Position numbers and translations under genes: made by a program. This document shows positions 29,564 through 36,884 of a stretch of DNA of 64,000 bases, piece after piece. This DNA comes from Gammaproteobacteria bacterium (GTDB lineage Bacteria; Pseudomonadota; Gammaproteobacteria; Chromatiales; Chromatiaceae), in the NCBI GenBank assembly GCA_024206335.1, contig JAAGZL010000342.1:747-64746 (forward strand), read 5' to 3'. Numbering within the stretch: the first letter of the stretch is position 1; each line of letters begins with the position of its first letter. A model generated the notes under the pieces. It saw nothing but the letters and a program-made list of their open reading frames with translations. It searched no databases and had not been told where the DNA came from.

Positions 29564-30634
29564 TCAGAAACGAACGTGAGAAGACGCATTCAAGTTAGCA
29601 CGACCACCACGCCAGTTATCAATGTGGTACTTGGTAAACGGCAGATCAGTCTTCTCGAAGAAGCTACCCCAGCCAATACGCTCAGCCCACTCACCAATAC
29701 GCTCGTAATCCTTGGCGTCTTCCTTATAGGCCGCGAGGATGCGTTTTACCACATCTCCAACCTCAGGCCAGCGCGGCGGATTATTTGGCACGTTGGATGC
29801 GACCAGTTTATGGAAGGTCGGCTTGCTACGGGCGTTGGAGTTCTTACCACCTACCCAGATAGCAAAGTTAGAATGCTCAGGATCGTTGATCTGCATGGGC
29901 GGACATGGTGGAAAACATGCACCACAACATACGCACTTGCGCTCATCAACTTCAAGAGAAGGCTTGCCGTTAACCATTGCCGGGCGAATAGCAGCTACCG
30001 GGCAACGTGCAACAACCGTAGGACGCTCACATACGTTGGCAACCAGATCATGGTTGATCTTAGGTGGCTTAACGTGCTGAATGTTGATGGCAATATCACC
30101 CTGTCCGCCGCAGTTAATCTGGCAGCAGGAGGTGGTAATCTTTACCCGGTTAGGCATCTCTTCATGTTCGAACTCGTGAACCAGTTCATCCATCAGGGCC
30201 TTAACCGCACCAGAGGCGTCGGTACCAGGAATATCGCAGTGCAACCAACCCTGGGTGTGGGCAATCATGGATACTGAGTTACCAGTACCACCGATTGGAT
30301 AGCCGCACTCGGTCAGCTTATCCATCAGCGGCTTAACCTGCGCCTCGGTGCTCACCATATATTCAATGTTGGAACGAGAGGTAAAACGGACATAACCTTC
30401 AGCCAAATCATCGGCGATATCCATAAGCTCACGAATCATGGTTACGTCCATCTGACGCGGGGTGCCGGCACGTACGGTCCAGAGCTCATCGCCGCTGTTG
30501 GCAACATGGCGCAGAACACCAGGACGTGGGCGATCATGGAACTTCCAATCACCATAGTTCTTCTTCATTACCGGATGCAGATATGGATCTATCTCCGGTA
30601 CACCTGTCTCTTCGGGCATGCGAGGTTGGGACAT
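29564..30634 (-). CDS. dsrB: Dissimilatory sulfite reductase beta subunit (oxidative type)
   Basis: Siroheme/FeS cysteine clusters (TTSCCQINCGG, CPVAAI, CVCCGACFPPCP). ATG at 30634 preceded by GGAGA; the track's TTG start at 30646 is unlikely. Confidence 0.9.
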   Translation of the reverse strand: MSQPRMPEETGVPEIDPYLHPVMKKNYGDWKFHDRPRPGVLRHVANSGDELWTVRAGTPRQMDVTMIRELMDIADDLAEGYVRFTSRSNIEYMVSTEAQVKPLMDKLTECGYPIGGTGNSVSMIAHTQGWLHCDIPGTDASGAVKALMDELVHEFEHEEMPNRVKITTSCCQINCGGQGDIAINIQHVKPPKINHDLVANVCERPTVVARCPVAAIRPAMVNGKPSLEVDERKCVCCGACFPPCPPMQINDPEHSNFAIWVGGKNSNARSKPTFHKLVASNVPNNPPRWPEVGDVVKRILAAYKEDAKDYERIGEWAERIGWGSFFEKTDLPFTKYHIDNWRGGRANLNASSHVRF

Positions 30635-30672
30635 AATTATCTCCAAATATCTCTATTTCTAATTCATCTCGT

Positions 30673-30705
30673 GGCGCATAACCGAACCTGGGTCCGGTAT
30701 GCGCC
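30673..30705 (-). promoter_or_regulatory. GC-rich stem-loop in the dsrA-dsrB spacer
   Basis: GGCGCATAACCG (30673-30684) pairs with CGGTATGCGCC (30695-30705) with one bulged A. It sits in a 110-nt intercistronic gap. Confidence 0.45.
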
Positions 30706-30744
30706 GCGTATAAACCTGACGGTCAAGGCTGACAAACAGTCTTA

Positions 30745-31989
30745 TCAGTCGGCAGCCTTGCGCTCATTCCACTTGGCTGCTTCCTCATCCCAACCGTCCA
30801 TACGTATGTATGAGTTCGAACGTGGATTGCTGATCATGTTTGGATCCACTTCGAGGCCGACACCTTCCAGGAAACCTGCCAGGCCGATGCGCTCGATCAT
30901 CTCACCGGTACGCTCATGCTCCAGGGCATTCTCGGCAAAGAAGTCGATTACTTCGGTAGCCAACTCTTCCAGAGCCTCGAAGTCATCATCGGTTTCAAGC
31001 TTCATGAATGGGACGATCACGGTACCCATGAGGTCACCGATCTTCAAGGTACGCTTACCGCCACACAGGATGGTGATACCCTTGTCATCTCCAGGAGAGA
31101 GCGCCTTGTTCATGACATTCAGACAGTGCATGCAGCGCACGCAGTTCTTGTTGTCCACGTCCAGGGTGTCGTCATCGTTCAGAGACAGCGCCTTAGTCGG
31201 GCAGCGGGTGATTACGTTGTCTACAACGTACTTACGACCCTTCTCACCTACGTAAGCCTTGACCTCTGCCTGATCCACCTTCATATCGTCACGCCAGGTA
31301 CCGAGAACGGCAAAGTCGGAACGCTGAATGGAGTTAACGCAGTCGTTGGCGCAACCGGATACTTTATACTTGAACTTGTATGGCAGTGCCGGACGATGCA
31401 TATCATCCAGCACATTATTGACCAGCATACGCATGGTGCGCGCTTCATCAAAGCAGGACATCTCACAACGTGCAGCACCAACGCAGGACATACCGGTACG
31501 TACAGCAGGACCTGCACCACCCATATCAAAGCCCATTTCGTTGAACTCATCGAATGCAACCTGCACCTTCTCGGTGGTGCAACCCTGCATCATGATGTCG
31601 CCAGTCTGCCCATGCAGGGCAATCAGGCCAGCGCCATGCTCTTCCCAGATGTCACAGAACTTACGCATGGTAGCTGTGTCATAGTGCATGCCTGGAGGCG
31701 GAATGATACGGATGGTATGGAACTCGGCACATGCAGGAAACAGCGGGTTGTTATTGTCATCCTTCAGCTCGGTGAAGCGAGGAATAACACCGCCACCGTA
31801 ACCAATAACGCCAACGGTTCCGCCCTTCCAGTAGCCTAATTTAGTCTCGTATGAGGTCTCAAGCTGACCCAACAGGTCAACTACCATGTCCTTATCCTTT
31901 GCCAGACGTTTCAGACCAGTTACGAAACTCGGCCATGGGCCAGTTTCCAGCTGATCGAGCATCGGAGTATCATGCAGTGGTTTTGCCAT
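30745..31989 (-). CDS. dsrA: Dissimilatory sulfite reductase alpha subunit (oxidative type)
   Basis: 414 aa. MAKPLHDTPMLDQLETGPWPSFV..., siroheme-binding Cys motifs (CVGAARCEMSC, GCANDC) and a ferredoxin insert (CPTKAL...CVRCMHC). Confidence 0.95.
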   Translation of the reverse strand: MAKPLHDTPMLDQLETGPWPSFVTGLKRLAKDKDMVVDLLGQLETSYETKLGYWKGGTVGVIGYGGGVIPRFTELKDDNNNPLFPACAEFHTIRIIPPPGMHYDTATMRKFCDIWEEHGAGLIALHGQTGDIMMQGCTTEKVQVAFDEFNEMGFDMGGAGPAVRTGMSCVGAARCEMSCFDEARTMRMLVNNVLDDMHRPALPYKFKYKVSGCANDCVNSIQRSDFAVLGTWRDDMKVDQAEVKAYVGEKGRKYVVDNVITRCPTKALSLNDDDTLDVDNKNCVRCMHCLNVMNKALSPGDDKGITILCGGKRTLKIGDLMGTVIVPFMKLETDDDFEALEELATEVIDFFAENALEHERTGEMIERIGLAGFLEGVGLEVDPNMISNPRSNSYIRMDGWDEEAAKWNERKAAD

Positions 31990-32553
31990 TACTTTAATCT
32001 CCCAATAATCATTAAATATGGGTTATCTCACCACACCCTTGGATTCATGCTTTGAAATCACAAAAAATCCGGGTGAATAATCTATGCGAATCGGAACCTT
32101 TAGCAACAAACTTACCAAACGCTCCATAGCTACAGAATGGCAAAAAGTTTAGAATTTCCTAATGAAGTAAAATATCCCTACGATGGGGTAGCGGTATAAA
32201 AAAACTACTCCCCACTATGGGGTATATTTTTAAAAATAATGCGCATATTATTTTTATTTTAGGGGGCATTACCTTGTTGATTAGAGATACTATTTTCATA
32301 CTGGACCGCCTTTTTTTATCGGCAAATCCAGTGGCCAGGGCACTATTTGATATATATCAAGCAATCAAATACGCGTTGAAATATTGCTATCCCGCCCCAA
32401 CCAATCCCATATCGATCAAACTATTTAATGCAAACCCACATTTATCCTATCTCCATCTTCTTGCCAATGGATAGTGAATGGAGTTGAATAATATACACCC
32501 GCCCAATCAACGGCGAGCATCCGGCACACAACGCCAGGCCAGCAGATTCAGCC

Positions 32554-32769
32554 ATGGCACCCCTTAACAACCTGATAGAGGTCCTAATCAGAATGCTGTA
32601 CCTAAGTGAGATATTGATCCAAAATCCGGATCTGCAATCTTTCGAACAACTACTCTCCGCAGTCAAAGAGCGCTCTAAGAGTGAGATGTTCTTCCGTATT
32701 GATGTAAAACCTCAATACCAGGACACACCTGAAGACTGGGAAGACCGCATGGAAGCGGCATTTACATAG
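32554..32769 (+). CDS. Small hypothetical protein, first ORF of the dsrA-divergent module
   Basis: 71-aa ORF ending 11 nt before the next gene. Weak ribosome-binding site. No family recognised. Confidence 0.35.
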   Translation: MAPLNNLIEVLIRMLYLSEILIQNPDLQSFEQLLSAVKERSKSEMFFRIDVKPQYQDTPEDWEDRMEAAFT

Positions 32770-32780
32770 AGCCTATAGAG

Positions 32781-33491
32781 ATGAAGTACCTGAAAAACGA
32801 ATTTCGTATCGGTGATGCTGAAGGTGGTGAAGACGCAGTCATATCCACCCAGAACCTGGAATCCAAGCTAATGCAGATCCAGGATGAAATAGAGCAGCTG
32901 CCCGCCAGCACCAATACCAGCCAACGGCTGAAACTGACACTGGACCGGTGCTACCTGTTACTGGATCTGGAGCGTCAGGATGAGGCATGGAACAGCTCCA
33001 ACACCACGCTTAAACAGGCCCTGACAGAGAATCTATGGACCCGGGCCGTAGAATCCTGCGATATTATGTTCCAGACTGGTAATAAGGAGTCCATCCGGGC
33101 CCTGGCCCATGGCATCTGGCTGGCAGTCACCTTTCCTATCGACCCTGAACTCAGTGTTGCCATGCTGCAGCACCTGATCGACGAAACCCCGGACAACTCC
33201 GACGGTGCCGCGGTTGCAGCCGCAACTGCCTGCTACCTGGTGGATCTGCGAGCCAAGGGAGAACAGCACGAAGAGTTACATTTCTTCACTAGCCAGTTGA
33301 TGGGACAGGTGGCAAAACGCCACAGCCAGGTCGAGGAGAAAGAGATCTTTGACTTCTGGGTTGAGCGTCTGGAGCTGAATGAGCCAGGCAAATTCCTCCC
33401 ACGACTGGCACAGGTTCTGGATGTCCTCACCGAGGACAACTGGTGGTTTGACCGGGATCAGTTAAGAGATCTGATACCGGGCGAAGCCTAA
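32781..33491 (+). CDS. Hypothetical helical protein (dsrA-divergent module)
   Basis: 236-aa ORF with coding-like composition, tightly spaced with its neighbours. No family recognised. Confidence 0.55.
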   Translation: MKYLKNEFRIGDAEGGEDAVISTQNLESKLMQIQDEIEQLPASTNTSQRLKLTLDRCYLLLDLERQDEAWNSSNTTLKQALTENLWTRAVESCDIMFQTGNKESIRALAHGIWLAVTFPIDPELSVAMLQHLIDETPDNSDGAAVAAATACYLVDLRAKGEQHEELHFFTSQLMGQVAKRHSQVEEKEIFDFWVERLELNEPGKFLPRLAQVLDVLTEDNWWFDRDQLRDLIPGEA

Positions 33492-33508
33492 CCCCGAGGT
33501 AACTAAAT

Positions 33509-34168
33509 ATGCTCTGGCAGGATGAAAAGGAAAATACCCCTTACCAAATACCGGATGATGTGGTCGATCTATCGTTCAGCATCAGTTGCACATCCATACC
33601 AGTAGACAACGCCTACGCCCTATCCAACGCCATTATTGCGATACTGCCATGGTTCAGCAGTGAACCAGAGGCCGGACTGCACATTATGCAAGGCGGTGCC
33701 TCCATCAATGGCTGGCATCGGCCGGAGACCGAGGACGCAACACTGCTCCTGTCGAAACGCTCCAAACTGCGCCTGCGTCTACCCAAGCACAGGGTCAAAG
33801 ATGCAGAACAGCTCTGCGGCAAGCTACTGGATGTGTCCGGTTACAGCGTCGAAGTTGGAACGTTCAAGACCCTGCTCCTTGGCAACACCGACACCCTGTT
33901 ATCCCGTCACATAGTCTCTGCCATTGAAGAGGACGAAACCGAATTTACCGAACGCATGCTGCAGGAACTACGGGGTATGGGGCTGGAACTCACCAAGATA
34001 CTATCCGGCAGAGATCACGCCCTGGCCGGGCCGGACGGCCCCATCAATACCAAATCCCTGCTGGTAAGCGGCATGACAGCCGAAGATGCTGTCACTCTCC
34101 AGGCAAAGGGAATTGGTCCAGGCCGCAGTATGGGATTCGGCTTGTTCATTGCGTCAAAGAGCTTATAA
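33509..34168 (+). CDS. Orphan Cas6-like RAMP protein (Cas6/Cmx6-like)
   Basis: 219 aa. The C-terminal KGIGPGRSMGFGLFI fits the Cas6 glycine-rich loop G-h-G-x5-G-h-G exactly. Its size and near-C-terminal loop position fit Cas6. No CRISPR array or other cas genes in the window. Confidence 0.5.
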   Translation: MLWQDEKENTPYQIPDDVVDLSFSISCTSIPVDNAYALSNAIIAILPWFSSEPEAGLHIMQGGASINGWHRPETEDATLLLSKRSKLRLRLPKHRVKDAEQLCGKLLDVSGYSVEVGTFKTLLLGNTDTLLSRHIVSAIEEDETEFTERMLQELRGMGLELTKILSGRDHALAGPDGPINTKSLLVSGMTAEDAVTLQAKGIGPGRSMGFGLFIASKSL

Positions 34169-34210
34169 TATTGGCTTATGTTAATTTAATTAATTTCCCT
34201 GCCTTCGCCA

Positions 34211-34238
34211 CCACGTGAGAGATTTCATACTCATGTGG
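34211..34238 (+). promoter_or_regulatory. Stem-loop between the Cas6-like gene and the DsrC-like gene
   Basis: CCACGTGAG-agatttcata-CTCATGTGG: 9 bp including one G-U pair, with a 10-nt loop. It lies 52 nt upstream of the DsrC-like ATG. Confidence 0.4.
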
Positions 34239-34289
34239 GCCAGGTAGGGCAACAGAATTCAGCATAGATTTAAAATAAGGAGAATACAG

Positions 34290-34634
34290 ATGGCATACGA
34301 ACTGAACGGCGCAACCATTGAGACCAACGCCAATGGTTACCTGGAAAACCTAGACGACTGGAGTGAAGAGCTGGCAGGGGTTATTGCCGCAGCTGAGGGT
34401 ATCGAACTGTCAGACCGGGGTTGGGAGATAATCAACTACCTGCGCGATGAATACCTCAACAACAACAGCAATCAGCCCAACGAACGTCACATGGTCAAAC
34501 ACTTCAAGAAGCTCTGGACCGACCTGGACAAGGTGGACACCAAGGCCCTGTACATACACTTCCCCATGGGCCCCGCTAAACAGGCCGGTAAGATTGCCGG
34601 ACTGCCTGAGACCCGCCGTAAGGGTGGATACTAG
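34290..34634 (+). CDS. DsrC/TusE-family protein lacking both conserved cysteines (RspA-type)
   Basis: Aligns by eye with the dsrC product (YLENLDDWSEELA..., HFPMGPAKQAGKIAGLPE vs LFPYGPGKQACRYAGLPK). It has no Cys anywhere and ends in RRKGGY instead of PTGCI. AGGAGA ribosome-binding site. Confidence 0.8.
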   Translation: MAYELNGATIETNANGYLENLDDWSEELAGVIAAAEGIELSDRGWEIINYLRDEYLNNNSNQPNERHMVKHFKKLWTDLDKVDTKALYIHFPMGPAKQAGKIAGLPETRRKGGY

Positions 34635-34654
34635 GCGTTAATTCGGACACACCA

Positions 34655-34685
34655 ATCAACCTGCCAGTGATGCTGGCAGGTTGAT
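34655..34685 (+). promoter_or_regulatory. Perfect 13-bp stem-loop sequestering the start codon of the next gene
   Basis: ATCAACCTGCCAG-tgatg-CTGGCAGGTTGAT. The A and T of the ATG at 34684 are in the 3' arm. No U-tract follows. Confidence 0.55.
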
Positions 34686-35253
34686 GGAGAGCACATTGGC
34701 ACTAAGAATCAAGAGTCACTGGCACAAAGAAGAGAAAGATAGATCTATCGACGAGATTGCCGGAGCTATAGCCTTCAGCAGTTGGCGCATAGCCATGGAG
34801 AAGGCGATAACACTGCACAGTGAGCAGTTCGACTACAGCTCTGACCGACAACGCCTGGACGTCATAGCCGAGTACCTGCTGTTTTCAGCACAGGTGGTGG
34901 ACCGCCTGGTACATAAAAACTTCACCCCGCAAGAACGTCAAGAGCTTATTATCTCCCTTGTTACCCGTCTGGCAGAACATCTGCAGGAGAACAGCCAGGA
35001 CCTACTGGGTTCCGGAGACTACCGCACCCCATTCATCAACAAGTTCAACCTACGCTCCGAAGAGTACGCCCAACTAAGCTTTGACCAGGACGACGGCCCC
35101 AGCTACCCCTTCATGCGCCACCTTGGATACGAGATCCAACAGCTTATGGGGGACGAACAGGAAAACCGCTGGATCATCGACCAGGTAATGGACAAGGATG
35201 GGTTTGAGGTCTATACCCAGCTCAAAAAACTGGTAAAAAACCTCACTACCTAA
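34684..35253 (+). CDS. Hypothetical protein, last gene of the dsrA-divergent module
   Basis: About 189-aa ORF with coding-like composition. No family recognised. Confidence 0.55.
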   Translation: MESTLALRIKSHWHKEEKDRSIDEIAGAIAFSSWRIAMEKAITLHSEQFDYSSDRQRLDVIAEYLLFSAQVVDRLVHKNFTPQERQELIISLVTRLAEHLQENSQDLLGSGDYRTPFINKFNLRSEEYAQLSFDQDDGPSYPFMRHLGYEIQQLMGDEQENRWIIDQVMDKDGFEVYTQLKKLVKNLTT

Positions 35254-35370
35254 AAACAGCGTAACCCACTCCAAATGCAAAAAAACTTGCCAATAGTTCA
35301 CACCTACGGCATAACTACATAACCACATCCATTTTGGAACTTTTAACAGACTAGGTGGGTCTCTTTATAG

Positions 35371-36861
35371 ATGCAGATATTCTCACCACACACATCCCAC
35401 GCCAGAGGCATGGCCATCTTCATCAGCACCATGCTGCTGCTTTCTAACCTGTTATCTACAGCCATTGCCGGGAGTATTGAACTACCAAGCTTTGGCGACC
35501 CCAGCGGCAGGGTAATGACCCCAACCCAGGAACGAAGACTTGGGCAGGCCTTTATGCGCAACGTGCGCAAATCATTAAAGGTTGTTTCTGACCCTCTGTT
35601 AAATTCATACATAGAGTCACTGGGTATGCGCCTAGTATCCAACAGTAGTGATGCCAACCAACCATTCTCATTTTTTCTAGTAGACAACAAAGAGGTAAAT
35701 GCCTTTGCCGGCCCAGCAGGGAACATTGCAGTATTTACCGGCCTAATCCTGACCACAGAGTCTGAAAGCGAACTCGCCTCAGTAGTAGCACACGAAATCG
35801 CCCACATCACGCAGAAACATCTGGCCAGGACATTCGACTCAGCAGAACGCATGGGGATACCAACTGCTGCAATAATGCTTGCTGCAGTCATTTTGGGTGC
35901 AGCATCAAACAACTCAGATGTCGGTGCTGCAGCAGCGGCTGGAATTCAAGCTGGCCTGATCCAGCAGCAGATAAACTTTACCCGTGAAAATGAAAAAGAG
36001 GCCGACCGTGTAGGCATAAACATACTCGCCGATTCAAAATTTGACCCTAGGGCAATGCCGACCTTTTTCACCCGCCTTGGAAAGGTAAACATGGTCTACG
36101 ACGGTCACAAACTACCAGAGTTTTTACAGACTCACCCCATATCCAAAAACCGCATGGCCGACACCTTGGGACGGGCAGCGACCTACCCCTACCGGCAATA
36201 CCAGGACAGCAAGGAGTACCACTTGACCCGGGCCATCCTGCGCGAGCAACAATTCAACGACCCAAACCAGGCGGTAAAGTTTTATAGCAAAACCCTGGCT
36301 GAAGGCAGATACCGTAATGCTCAAGCGCAGCGCTATGGTCTGGTACGGGCACTGATTCGCACTCACAAATACCAGGAGGCCATGAAACATATCAACCTGC
36401 TGCTAAATAAAGACAGGAGCAGTGTCCACTACCTGACTACTAAAGCAGAGATATACAGCCAGACATCCAGACCAAAACAGGCAATCAAAATTCTACAAAA
36501 AGGGCTAAAACTCAATCCAGACAACTACCCTTTGACCACATACTATGCAAACGCCCTGCTACATAACGGCCAAGCAGCAAAAGCCGAGCGCATCCTAGAG
36601 CAGTTGATTAAAAGACACCCACAGGACACCACCCTGAACAAAATGGCAGCAATGGCAGCAGGCAAAGCCGGACACATCGCCCAAGGACACTATTTCATGG
36701 CCGAGCACTACTATCTTTCTGGCGACCTGGAATCGGCCCAACGCCAATTGGAGATATCATTGAACAACAGCAGAAACGATTTCTACATTAGCGCAAAAAT
36801 GGCGGCAAGGCTTAAAGATATCAAGCAGGAAATCTCCGACCTAAAGCAACGCAAACACTAA
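35371..36861 (+). CDS. Periplasmic M48 zinc metalloprotease with TPR domain (BepA/YfgC-like)
   Basis: Signal peptide, HEIAHITQKH (HExxH) and ENEKEAD, then C-terminal TPR repeats. Confidence 0.8.
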   Translation: MQIFSPHTSHARGMAIFISTMLLLSNLLSTAIAGSIELPSFGDPSGRVMTPTQERRLGQAFMRNVRKSLKVVSDPLLNSYIESLGMRLVSNSSDANQPFSFFLVDNKEVNAFAGPAGNIAVFTGLILTTESESELASVVAHEIAHITQKHLARTFDSAERMGIPTAAIMLAAVILGAASNNSDVGAAAAAGIQAGLIQQQINFTRENEKEADRVGINILADSKFDPRAMPTFFTRLGKVNMVYDGHKLPEFLQTHPISKNRMADTLGRAATYPYRQYQDSKEYHLTRAILREQQFNDPNQAVKFYSKTLAEGRYRNAQAQRYGLVRALIRTHKYQEAMKHINLLLNKDRSSVHYLTTKAEIYSQTSRPKQAIKILQKGLKLNPDNYPLTTYYANALLHNGQAAKAERILEQLIKRHPQDTTLNKMAAMAAGKAGHIAQGHYFMAEHYYLSGDLESAQRQLEISLNNSRNDFYISAKMAARLKDIKQEISDLKQRKH

Positions 36862-36884
36862 CCAAGCATTTCCTAAGCAGCAAC

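Noticed and set aside
32217-32474. 85-aa plus-strand ORF in the dsrA upstream region
   Set aside because: It sits in very AT-rich sequence, has an Ile/Phe/Leu-rich low-complexity product, and has no ribosome-binding site. It overlaps the palindrome and direct repeats, which are better explained as regulatory DNA.
34655-34685. Shared CTGCCAG/CTGGCAG heptamer in the stems of the hairpins at 34655-34685 and 27968-27999, as a possible common recognition motif
   Set aside because: A given heptamer is expected several times by chance in 64 kb on two strands. The rest of the two stems and the loops differ. I note it only as something to test, not as evidence.
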